A stretch of 40,549 bases of DNA from Phoronis australis (lineage: Eukaryota; Animalia; Phoronida). A program made the translations under genes and the position numbers. Shown piece after piece: positions 1 through 36,928 of this stretch (positions are counted from its first letter, which is position 1; each line of letters opens with the position of its first letter). Location of the stretch: the NCBI GenBank assembly GCA_002633005.1, contig NMRA01000696.1:60587-101135 (forward strand), in the 5' to 3' direction. The notes beneath the pieces were generated by a model. It did no database searches. It was not told where the DNA came from and was given only the letters and a program-made list of their open reading frames with translations.

Positions 1-76
1 CACCTCATACACCATCATTGTAAACACCTCATACACCACCATTGCAAACACTTCATACACCACCATTGCAAACACC
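1..76. repeat. 24-bp tandem repeat, about 3 copies (cut by window edge)
   Basis: Unit cacctcatacaccaccattgcaaa. Confidence 0.8.
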
Positions 77-476
77 AAAACAAAAAACATCAAAGCAAGA
101 ACTAACTTTGGGGGTAGAGCACCTGATTGCAAAAATGATTACTAAAAACTCCACTTGCTTCGTAGCATTGCCCCATAAAATTATTACTAAAAACTCCACT
201 TTATTCGTAGTACTGCCATGTAAAGTTATGAAAACCAGCTTTCCTTAATATAAAGTCTGGATTGCAATAACACGTCACTGTCTACACTAAGGCAGATTGT
301 AGGTTTGAAAAACAGTGGTGATGCCACTGGTGGTCATGTCAATGGTCGGATTAGACGAAATAACTGCGCTAAACAAAGTTGGTCTGTAACAAGATCCGTA
401 GTCTTTGTCGCCAGTGCTCAACCTATCTGGTTCAAATTTTACCTCTCAGAAGGGATACATTACACTTTCAACAACC

Positions 477-601
477 AACTATTACAATCCCCAACTATTA
501 CAATCCCCAACTATTACAATCCCCAACTATTACAATCCCCAACTATTACAATCCCCAACTATTACAATCCCCAACTATTACAATCCCCAACTATTACAAT
601 C
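477..601. repeat. 16-bp minisatellite, about 7.8 copies
   Basis: Perfect unit aactattacaatcccc; explains the repetitive ORFs at 305-661. Confidence 0.95.
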
Positions 602-1131
602 AAGTTAAGGTTGCATATGACCTTAGAAAAATGTTCAAGTAAGGTTAACTTCGAAATATAGTTTTTCAGAAACGGCTGATAACATTTATATGAAACTTTA
701 GATAGCTTTGTGCAGTGTCCTCCAAAACGCCGTAAGGAATCAACTATAAAATGACTCGCTTGCATGAGAGACTACCAAAAATGAGACATGTTGATTTTTA
801 TTGAGAATTTGCATAAAACAAAAACGAAAATGACAATCTATCAAACAAAATTTTGTAATATTATTTATGTCATTGTTTTGTAGTGTATGAACCTTTCTAT
901 TTTGCTAAATCCCATTAAAAAGACATGGTCACATAACCCAATCAATGACATATTGGTATTAACTAAAAATCAAACTCTACTGACTTTCTACTGCCAGAAA
1001 ACATGACCTTTTTTAGTTAAATTCAATAGTTATGAAGATACTTGACTGACAGCACAGACTTATCAATAACTACCAACATAACCATAACTAATACCCAATG
1101 TGACACTCGTCACCAATATTCCACCACCTAC

Positions 1132-26249
<25,118 letters not shown>

Positions 26250-26309
26250 TTTGAAACAAGTGATTTCCCGTCTCGAAATGAGTCACTTTTTTGAAAAATG
26301 CTAAATCAC

Positions 26310-26500
26310 ACGCACTGTCAGTCCAGAAACTGGGCACTTTTATAACTTTTACAGTTCATGAGCCTTTTCTACGGTGAATAAATGAATGACAGTCACAGAG
26401 CTCAGAGTTCTCCGCGATGTTCCTCGAAAGTTGAATCGACAGTTCCGACCTCAAGCCGCCGCCCGCCTTGAGCCCTTGATTGGCAGTCACGTGATCTAAA
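26310..26500 (-). promoter_or_regulatory. Putative core/proximal promoter of the myosin gene
   Basis: Minus-strand TATAAAAG at 26344-26337, with an Inr-like acAgt 28 nt downstream (A at 26316). A second Inr-like TCATTC lies near 26385. Also a GC box (26455-26467), CCAAT (26483-26479) and E-box gtCACGTGat (26488-26493). CpG is locally more frequent than in the introns. Confidence 0.6.
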
Positions 26501-26793
26501 TTTTTACAGGGTGTGAATGGGCCTACACGAGATACAACTTTTCTCGGTTTGAGTGGTAGAAATGTTGATGGTAAATATTAGTGTGCAGTATGCTTAAGCA
26601 AGTTATTCGAAGTCTTCACAGATTGAAAGCCAACACGTTCTTCTAAACTTTGTGAACTGTTATGATAAATCCCCGCCAGATGTCGCAAGACACCAAAGGA
26701 ACTGATGTCATCCGGTAAAAAATGACACACGTGCTCCTTCAGTGGTTGAATGGGCTTTTGATAAAGGGTTTTGTGTCAACATGAAACGGACTG

Positions 26794-26845
26794 CCATATA
26801 TGGTAGTTGTATGTGGTTACATAGCCAGTCGTGTTCATCATTCCT
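26794..26845. promoter_or_regulatory. CArG box (SRF site) plus MCAT element (TEAD site)
   Basis: CCATATATGG at 26794-26803 is a perfect CC(A/T)6GG. CATTCCT at 26839-26845 is the MCAT consensus. Both are about 550-600 bp upstream of the ATG. Confidence 0.6.
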
Positions 26846-27572
26846 GAAAAGGTTAATCATATTTTAAGTGCGTTATCCCGGCAGCCTGTATCCGGTGAAA
26901 ATCTTTCATGAGTTATTAGTCGCCAGGCAAGTCAGTGGCAGAGATTGAAATTTTCGCCAGCCAGAGTCTGAGGTCTAAACGTCGACAAGGCCTACTGGAA
27001 AGGAGTGTTAGAGACAATCTAAACACAGATTGAAAGTCTTAAACAAAAAATCCTGTCCACAAGGCTCTGACCATTTCTTTGGTCGGTTTAGTGGTTCCCA
27101 GGCCCGGGGTACTGACACCCGGCGCTAGCCGCTATTTCGGTAGGCACACTTTCACGACCCAGCCAAAGAAATGGACGGCTCGAATTTTTGGGAATGTGGA
27201 CCTTTTACTAAGATTCACGGGGGATGCGGTGTGAGTTGCCCCAACGAGATTGATGCCGAAGCCATGAACCCACCGCGTCGTAGGCTATACACAGGCTACC
27301 CTTTGTTTATCGTGTCATATTAGGCCTAATGAATATGGCTGAGGGTGAGCGTGTCCTGACATTAATTTTTACTTCTAACGCAGCTGTTATCGCCCTGTTT
27401 TGCTGGCTTAAAAACGGACTAGATGGAATATTAGGCCAGCTTTTACTCTCAGAAAACGGTTTCTGACTCGGATTCAACTATTATGGAGCATGTTTCCCTG
27501 ATACTGCACTAATAGGAACTTTACTGGTTCCTAGACTGAGCCGATTGTGTTGTAAGCATGCACGTGAAGCAC

Positions 27573-27589
27573 NNNNNNNNNNNNNNNNN
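27573..27589. other. 17-N assembly gap
   Basis: Run of Ns. Confidence 0.95.
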
Positions 27590-30284
27590 GGCGCCGCAAT
27601 CCCGTCGAGGCACCTTTAGTTTGTTTCCGGTTCCCTGCGGCGGCGCGCGGCGTCACGCCGAGTCACCCTGCACAAAATCTTTCCTGCTGACACTATTCCC
27701 CTCGAGAAGGCCTCTCCTTCACTGAGACGTGCATCACCCACTTAATTGTTTTTGTTCTTGCGACCTTACAGCATGCGCGCACCCCCAGCCTTCAATTTGG
27801 GGTGCTCGAATTCGTTCCTTGCGTTGTGGACCTTTTGCTAACAAAAGAGCCGGCGGACTAATTGCGCATTTGGCTTATTTAGTGGACTTTTGTCCCATTT
27901 TCTCTCACTTTTTGTCTCTCGGGGGTGGACCTTTTCGACCACTTCGCCTAATGGGTGCGCGCATGAACACTTGATTATGTGGCACAAAACTTCCGGAAAG
28001 ACCCGGGGCGCGATGGGAAGACCGGGGACTGCCTGCCGATGGGTGGAAAACACCGGGCAACATCCATTACTGTGTTGTCAGCACAACAAAAAGCCGAAAA
28101 TGATGTCCAAATTGAAATCTCTAACGCGATGACCCTGCAGCCCGAACAACATGACGCGCTACTGGAATCAACACGTGTACGATCAAGCTCCACCAACCCC
28201 ATCTTTTTGAGATTTCATGGCAAATTGGCCATTCTCGTACTGAGAAATAGATCCGTGGATTTTTCCTCACGCAATCCAGAATTAAGGGTACGTAAATTAC
28301 AGTTACTGTAATGCAGCAGGTTTGTTAAACAATTAACTTCGATATTTTGTTTTCGTACATATTTGGGTCTTTTGAACCTCTTAAAATACCTGGCATCTGC
28401 GCCAATGGACTTGTGAGGCGTGCAACAGCCAGCATAGACGTAGGAAGTGCAGTAGGAGCACCCCTTTTCAAACCCATGATGTTGAGGTGCTCCGCCTTTG
28501 TATGAGGAGCTATCACTTGTGATTTTCATTAAAAAATCCAAAGTTTGACTAGCAGAAGGTGAATTATGTTGTAATACACATCAGCCATTGAAAGGAATAA
28601 TCTAATCATTTAGCATTTAAATTCCCATGTCTTAAAAACTAAATAATTTAGAATACTGTAACAGCGAAGTCCCATTAATTGAATAAACATTCATAAATAC
28701 TTATTACAATTATTCCTGGCTTCTGATTGGCTAAAGAATTACTACTGTAATAAATCGGGTAATTATTACATTTGTAATAAATCGGACTTAGTCGTGCGCG
28801 TGTTCGTCTGCACTATCGTAACGTCTATGTTATACAAGTTCATCATATATTTTGGGGTTTGTATACTATCAGGCAGACGACTCGGTGGTTGTGACGTAGG
28901 TGTTTGAAGCATACAATTCGGTGGTTGTGGCGTACGATTCGAATAAGTTAGTATGATGGCGCTCTTGTTGACCATCGAAAGTTGTCTATCCGTACTTGCG
29001 GCTATAAACCCGCGTTCCGCCATAAAGACCAATTTTCGCCTTAAAGCTGGTTTCTGTGCTTGGAATGAACTGACAGTTCGTTATTGCACCCACCACCAGC
29101 GAACAGTTTCTTAAAAACCTGGTACGGAACAATTAAGTTATTTGCAAGTCCAAAAGTTTCCTCTAATTTGAGTAACCAATAAGTTGGACAAAAGTCCACA
29201 AATAAAGTGGTATCAAGTTGCGTTTTAGTTCCCTTCCACGCAGCGTTAATTAGGTCACAACTGAAATAGGTAAGCTCTAATTGCAAGTTAGCTGATCTGG
29301 TGGTGAAGGAATCAGTGGATATTGGATCTACAGTACTATCAAAGTGGTTACACACCAACGGTGACCCTGAAACAATGAGGGACCAGCAGGGGCTTCAACA
29401 CATAGGTGGGGCAGTAACTAGGTTTACTAGTCTTCATCAAATTAACACATAGTTACATGACTTGTATTTTCTCTTATATTCTGAAACATCAACCCTTTAA
29501 AAACAGCTTTTTATTCCAATATGAATATATTCGTTACTTTACAAATGCTAATACATGCCTAACACAGTTATTAAAAATATTTACAAAAACTCATTGATTT
29601 TAGCTTCTTTTCAGTATACTCAATTATAATTCCAACATTTATTACTCACAAAAGCCTTTACTTGCTTTATACAACCATTGGACACATATTACTAGCAAAA
29701 CTGGTAACATGCCACTGCTCTTAATTCAGAATGGTGGATAAGAAATTCATACCAAATCTAAGACAATTGCACAGACATTAAAACAAGGTTAGAAAAGGAA
29801 ATTGCCTGAATGGATGTTACCACAACAGGCAACTTGCTCTTGAACAGCTGAGCGCCCACATGGACAAGCCTGCCACCAGTATCAGACAGCAGTGATAAGA
29901 CACAGTGTGCATGTATGTGGCTGGACCAGGAGGTAAGCAGACCAAGCACTTTGGTGATAATGATTTTTGCCTTGACAGGGCTTCCATCCACATAGGCACA
30001 TAAGGGCAGCTTGCTTTACACCTAAAAGTTGGACTAAGTTACCACACTAATGTCAAGTTGCACCAATTTAAATTCTGTCACATGGTCACTTGCTTCAGAT
30101 TATCTTGACCCTGGGATAACTTTCACTAGCACAAGTGCCTGTCTGGACAAAACAACAGCCAGAATATGTCACAATTATACACAATTACAGATATACTAGT
30201 GGCACAGGTTACATATATACAGGGATGATTGTTGTTACCTGAACCCTTTGTCATAAGACTGATGGTATCTACGTGACAACAGAG

Positions 30285-30519
30285 CATTACACAATGGATA
30301 TCACCAGTACCATTACACAATGGATATCACCAGTACCATTACACAATAGATGTCAACAGTACCATTACACAATGGATATCGCCAGTACCATTACACAATG
30401 GATATCACCAGTACCATTACACAATGGATATCACCAGTACCATTACACAATGGATATCACCAGTACCATTACACAATTGATATCACCAGTACCATTACAC
30501 CATGGATATCACCAGTACC
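30285..30519. repeat. 26-bp minisatellite, about 9 copies
   Basis: Unit agtaccattacacaatggatatcacc. Confidence 0.95.
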
Positions 30520-31299
30520 GTTAACCAATTTACATTAGATCAGATGTTAATACACCATAAGGGATGTTTCCAGACATTTTGAACAGGTAAACACCTTGGT
30601 AAGGTCACAGAGAGACCTCATTTGACTGTAACCCACACATTAGGCACCTGTTTATTGTATGAATGAAGCAGCATACCAGGGCTCCCAGCATGAACAACAG
30701 CAACACTATGCAGCCCAAACGGCAAAGATAATACACACACTTGAGAGAGAAACACCAGTATAAAACTTAAAACTGAGTTTGTGGGTGCCATGTAAGTCAT
30801 CTGCAAGTTGTCAAATACAATCGTGGTAGATATTGAGATGGCTGCAAAGAAAACTAGAACTTCCATTAGAGGCACTGCAGTAGTCAGATCCACCCATTAA
30901 CCAAGGTTAGTAATAAAAATTCATTTGAAATAATGATTCCTCAAGGCATTTGGCAGATAGAAAGTTGGGAAACTAAGAAGTATTAAAAAAGGGCAGCACA
31001 AGTCTGAACAGTTCAAAATGGCTACTGTTCTCTCCTCGATAAAATCTTAACTGCCAAATTTCATGAACACCCTTCATCAAATATGGCAGGAAACACCAAA
31101 AAGTAAAATTGCTAACAGAGACGTAGTTAACTGAAACTGTCCATAAATGAAGAAAACACAGGTTTCTGCCAATAGAAACACCTTCATCAAATGTGCAATG
31201 AGCCTCTTGGGGCAGTTGATACCAAATACCGACACCAACACACATGTAAACTTTGATGATGATCTTTCATCAAATTTGGAAGCTCTTATGACAGGCACA

Positions 31300-33005
31300 G
31301 AAAAAACAAACTGCCATAAGGGACATAGTGGTATTCAATCGTCAGTCATGCTTTAGTATCATAAAAATCGTCAGATACAAAGACAAACGTAAAAAAAACA
31401 AATTGCCATTAGGAACCACAGCGGTAGTTGAATCCGTCCATCTGTTAAGTTAATAGGAATACAATTACAACGTTTCAAAAACATCTTGCAAGGGGTTTAG
31501 GAGAAGCAGCCATAGATGTGAAAAAAATGTCATTAAGGGACACCACAGTACATAGACTCGTATGAAAATCCACGACAGTCATGCTATTGAAAGAAGGAAC
31601 ACATCTGCCAATTTTCAAGATCCCTAGCACAGTTTGGCAGATACAAAAGCAGATGTCAAAAAACAGATTAAAAAATGAAAATGGTCACAAGTTGGTGCAG
31701 AATACATCAAATGCGTCACAAAATGGAAAGGTCCTGCCGTCTTCATATTAGAAACTTGTTTGCAAAATTTAATGAAAATGCATCAAGGAACTCTGAAGTT
31801 ACAGACGTAAACATAAAAAAATTTTTACTATGGAGCACAGCTGTAGTTGGACTGGTCTGAAACTGGTCGTCATCTGTTGCCATCTCCATAGGAACACATC
31901 TGCTAAATTTCGCAAAGATCTTGCAAAGGGTAAAAGAGAAACAGCCGTGGACAAAAAACAAAATGCCACTAGGGGGTGCCAGAGTAGTCAAACACATCCG
32001 AAAAGCAATGTCAACCTCGGTCTTCTCATCAGGAACACATTGCCCAATTTTGACGATTCTTTAACAGGTTTGGGGGATAAAGGTGACGTTAAAACATACT
32101 AAAAATTTGTAAAATGGCCACCATGTGGTGCAGAATACTCCAAACCCATCCAAAAATGAGAAGGCATTGTTGTCTCCTTAATGGAAACCTATTCGCATAA
32201 TTTCACGATAATAAAAGCCACCACTATATACGTCACATCTATCCCAAAACGGGAACCTGTCATTGCGTCTTTCATAAAACTTCATGGAAATACATCAAGG
32301 TGCTTCAAAGATACAGAAGACAACTGAAAAAAATAAAACTGCCAAATGAATAAACTTGCTAAATTTAACAGATCCTGCTGAGGGTTTAGGAGATACAGCC
32401 TTAAACGCAAAAAAAAACTCAGCCACTAGGAGGTGCCACAGTAGCAAGAATCGTCCAAAAATCATCAACTGCCATCTTCTTTACACTAGAAACATACACA
32501 AAAATTTTCATAACCATTCTTTTTGAGGTTTCGATGATAGAGGGGCGGACGCCAAAAACAGACTAGAAAAAAGTAAAAGATGACCACTAGATGGCGTGGA
32601 ATACATAGAATCCATCCAAAAAAAGGAAACAAGTCATTGTTCCTTTAATGGAAACCTCTTTACCAAATTTCGAAAACAGTAAAAATGGCCGTTGACTGGT
32701 GCAAAATACCTCAAATCGATTCAAAAACGGGAAGGTAGCGTTATCTGACAACTAGATACCTGTATGCTAAATTTCAAGAAAACCTGAAGATACAGAGGTA
32801 AACATAAAAACTACACTACCAGTAGGGGGAACACAGGTAGTCTGATCCATCCGAAACTTCGCTCATGCCGTTCCAACCATGAAAGGAACATATCAGCAAA
32901 ATTTTATGAACGTACACCGACGGGTTTTGGAGATAGCGCAGCAGACGCCGGACGGACAGGGATGAAAACAATGCACCTCCATATAAATATGTGGGCACAT
33001 AATAA
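31300..33005 (+). mobile_element. Helentron-associated (HINE/DINE-1-like) non-autonomous element with a diverged internal array of about 100-150-bp units
   Basis: Recurrent aaa(a/t)tgccactagg(g/a)gg...ccaaatttcatgaa...ggagata units, ending in ggacggac followed by a terminal hairpin (atgcacctccatataaatatgtgggcacat) and an A/T-rich flank. Family assignment is by architecture only. Confidence 0.55.
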
Positions 33006-33994
33006 TTAGCAATAAGGAGACAAGTGACAAAGCTGCCTGCAAATTGCTGGGCGGCATCCATTAATGATAAAAAATCTACTGTATCAAGTTTCCACCAAGG
33101 GACTTGCCAGATATAAAAACATATGCAAAGAACTAAAAATGCCAGTGACAGAGCAATACCCAAATTTCACGAAGATCCTCCAAGATTTAGCAGATAAATA
33201 AATGACGGCAATACATGCCCACAAAAATGACTTGGGAAATGGATTACTTTGGAAATCCCTGGTATGTCTAAGAGCATTTGGCGGATTCAAACATGAATCA
33301 TAGCATGTCATTTCATAACTATTTTTATTCTAACCAGTTCATACACAAATGCACACATTTGTGTTTACGATCACCTTTGTTAAACACTGAGTAGGAAAGT
33401 TCTTTTTACAAAGTAATTATTTTTTAACACGCATCTTGAGTAAAAAATTGTTAGAAATTCTGCGAAACTGAATAAAAACCTGAGAGAAGCACAGGCTAAC
33501 TTTCAACATTGTATTCATTTAAGTACAGATTGCACAGACTGATTCACGCAAGAGAAAATAAAAAAAACAGTAAGCTAATTAAAATGTCTTTGAACAATTT
33601 GCATTGGTATACACTGGCTATTGACAATCTGCACGAAAGGTACATCTGACGTATCTTGGCAAACATCTATTCACCCATACAACCAAGCTCAAAACTTGAA
33701 CAAGATCCAAGTTCTTCCACGTTTCCCTAATCCACAGGCTCTCGTCATGAAATCTTCAAGTCTTGGCAAAAGCTCTCATTTTCTTCTCCTGTAAAGAGCA
33801 ATGACTACAGTGTTGGTTGAACAATAAAAACAATGAAATGTTTGCATTTGATGGGCATAGACCTGTTTACTTTTTAGCCAAGAGTCTGCATACAACAAAT
33901 ACAAGAGCAACGCAGAGCGTTGAAATGCGCCCACAATTGCACCGTATACGGTATCCTTCTAGGGTTGTTTATTGGTACCATAAAGTGGCCAGTA

Positions 33995-35146
33995 GAGGGC
34001 ATATATGTAGTATGTTGTACTTTGCAAAATGGAAAGGCATGGTCATTGTCTCCTCAATAGGCTAAGGGGCAAAATGTGAGTGATCTTCATAATACAAGCA
34101 CATCCTATACATCAGTTGCTTAAAGCACCACAGAAACATAGAATTAAAAACAAATTTACCAACATACGAGATTAGCACAGCATTAGAATGCCAGAAACAA
34201 ATTTCTACTTGGAACTTTTCCTTCATAGTCACGAAGTAACACAAAGTATACACCTGAAGACCTATGAAAATACAGAGGTCAATGTAAAATACTAAAATTG
34301 CCACTAGAGGCATACCGGTAGTCAGAATCATCCTAAAGTCGTCATCGTCCGTTGTCAACATCACATAAATACACTTGCTAAATTTAGTAAAGATCCTGCA
34401 AACGGTTTGGGAGATACAGCCATGGGNNNNNNNNNNNNNNNNNNNNNNNNNNNNNNNNNNNNNNNNNNNNNNNNNNNNNNNNNNNNNNNNNNNNNNNNNN
34501 NNNNNNNNNNNNNNNNNNNNNNNNNNNNNNNNNNNNNNNNNNNNNNNNNNNNNNNNNNNNNNNNNNNNNNNNNNNNNNNNNNNNNNNNNNNNNNNNNNNN
34601 NNNNNNAAAAAAAACAAAACTGCCACTAGGAGGCGCCACAGTAGTCGAAATCGTCGGAAAATCATCGTCAACCGTCCTCTACATAGTAAGCATATACATG
34701 CAATTTTCACAATCGTCCTTTGAGCGGTTTGGTTGATAGAGGGGTGGACGCACAAAAACAGACTCGAAAACACTAAAAATGGCCACTAGGTGGCGCAAAC
34801 TATGTCAAATCCATCTGAAAACGGGAGGATAGCGTCATCTCACTAATAGGTGCCTACATACCAAATTTCATGAAAATCCGTTCAGGACTTTTGAAGATAC
34901 AAAGGTAAGCATAAAAAACTAAAATTGCCACTAGGGGGCACACCGGTAATCGGATCCGTCCGAAAGTTCGCACATGCCGTCCCATTCATGAATGGAACAT
35001 ATGTGCCAAATTTCATGAACACATGTCAAAGGGTTTTGGAGATAGAGCAGCGGACGCCGGACGGACGCCACCCGTACCGACGGACGGACGGACGAACGGA
35101 CGGAGATGACGGCATAAAAATGTAATGTCCACAAACTGGGTACGTA
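33995..35146 (+). mobile_element. Second, less decayed copy of the same HINE-like element (contains a 180-N gap at 34427-34606)
   Basis: 34607-35120 is colinear with about 32405-33000 (gccactaggaggcgccacagtag...gatagaggggtggacgc...ggttttggagatag...ggacgccggacggac); (ggac)n microsatellite at about 35050-35103. Confidence 0.6.
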
Positions 35147-35640
35147 ACGTGATGTACAAACCTTGTGTTTTGGACAAAGCAGAGTAAAGTTGTCCTCGTC
35201 CATCAAACAGCCTAAAACAAATAAAAATCAGAGTAATAAACAACTTGACAGGCCAATCCTCTTTGTTTAGAAGAGTTCTAATGTTCTTGAAAGGATACCA
35301 AACCCAGTTTTGTCCCATTAACAGATACTAAAACCAACTTTCCCTTCCAGTTCTAAGAAAATAAATAATACTCTGTATGGTAAAAATTCACGAATTTAGG
35401 AAAGTGAAAAAATAAATATTTTAAATTTTAGAAATAGGCAAAATTGGCCATCTGAAATTCAATAAATAAGAGAAAGACAGCAAAATCGAACGAGTCCAAA
35501 ATCATAGAATTTGTGCGGACGGGTACCGACAATGTTTTGATTTGTGGTTTTAGACACTATGCACAGACGCAGAGTTGTGATAGTTATTGTTGACAAAAAA
35601 TTCACACGTCCTCAAAAACATAAACAGCGATGTTACTGAC

Positions 35641-36423
35641 GTTTTGGGAGGCAAGAATTTCGCGCCCATTTCTTATCATTTAGTCAGACTATGAGCGCTG
35701 TCGAGTCAGTCATTGTTCTATCTCGGTTGTGATAAGTTTGATCGTCGTTTGCTTTTGCTTACGAGTCAGTCAACATGCCAAACTGTTGCTGCATACCGGG
35801 ATGTACTCATTATCGACCAGAGCCTGTAAGCAGCCCTGCTGCGATGTTGAGTAGTGGGAGTGAATACAGGCCCAGTTCGACACCCAGTGAACAGGACAGT
35901 TTGTCGTTCAATGAACAGATCGGTGAGTCAAACTTTGAGAAGTTAATTGTAGACTTGTCTTAAGTATTGGGGCTATTTAGAAGGTGCGAGATGTGCGGCA
36001 AGGGAGTCACACGGCAGGATGTAAGCAGTTTGTGTGCTCAGGTCACCATCCAGTGGGAGTGTGTTGCGGGACACTCGGGCAAGTGGGACAGCTGTTCCTC
36101 TGTCAGTGAGACAATAATGAGTACTTCCTGGTGCGCAGCAACAGTGTGGCATGTTGACTGACTTGTAAACAAAAGCAAACGACGCGACGACCGAACTTAT
36201 CACAACCGAGATAGAACAATAACTAACTCGGCAGCTCTCACAGTCAGACTATATAAAAATCAATTGACGCGAAATTCTTGCCTCCCAAAACATCACTTCC
36301 GGAGTAGAGGGCGAGTAATTGTATAAATTACCAAAAACCTATAATTAAATGAAAAATATGTCTGGGATAATCAACGAACCTTATTTTTGCTCAAAATGAC
36401 ATGAAAAAAGGTTGCCTTCGCCT
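35641..36423 (+). mobile_element. Kolobok-like transposon remnant with about 175-bp inverted repeats and a transposase fragment
   Basis: 35641-35813 is inverted at about 36116-36291. Plus frame reads MPNCCCIPGC (THAP-like start)...EKLIVDLS*VLGLFRRCEMC...VTIQWECVAGHSGKWDS, resembling the Kolobok CxxC...C..GH...W.S zinc finger. Right end ...cct|TTAA at 36423/36424-36427. Confidence 0.65.
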
Positions 36424-36802
36424 TTAAACTGTTCACAAACCAGGCAAAGACAACGTGACTGCTGTGTGTATAACCCTGGTTTGCTTCTAGGGCAGCATGT
36501 GCGACAAAACTATGAGTCACCTGTCACTCAAACAGACCATAACGAAACAGCGTTCCCGCCAACGAGATACATGTAAATAAGGTCCCCGTGGTCTTAACTC
36601 GAATACGTATCTGGACATTTATTTGACAATTATAGAACTGTTACTTTATGCGGCAAGGGTATATTTAATCAATGAAAATTTGGAATTATTATTCCGAAAC
36701 ATAGCAGTAGGCCACACTACAATTTAATTGAGGTAGGCCCTACATAGTTCTAACCAAAAACACCACCACGCGTAGCCAGCAACAAGTGCGTTAGCTTCGA
36801 CG

Positions 36803-36928
36803 CTAATTATGCATTAATATAAACTAATTATGCATTAATATAAACTAATTATGCATTAATATAAACTAATTATGCATTAATATAAACTAATTATGCATTA
36901 ATATAAACTAATTATGCATTAATATAAA
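36803..36928. repeat. 21-bp AT-rich minisatellite, 6 perfect copies
   Basis: Unit ctaattatgcattaatataaa. Confidence 0.95.

Noticed and set aside
305-661. Repetitive ORFs (QLLQSPTITIPNYYNP)n, and similar ORFs at 7250-7681, 9374-9653 and 30273-30538
   Set aside because: These are translations of minisatellites whose unit length is not a multiple of 3; open in several frames with no gene structure.
605-940. Possible Kolobok-type MITE starting ttaa-ggttgcatatgacc (similar hints at 5555-6440 and 24400-24865)
   Set aside because: No convincing matching opposite terminus or TSD could be identified by eye.
1-1131. Next myosin exon (expected ...SAVLxFGN...)
   Set aside because: Not found in 1-1131; presumably lies outside the window.
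27729-28311. Cluster of overlapping ORFs suggesting a divergent gene head-to-head with myosin
   Set aside because: ORFs on both strands reflect local GC richness; no domain similarity or credible exon chain.
34361-34773. ORFs containing X runs
   Set aside because: Artefacts of the 180-N gap.
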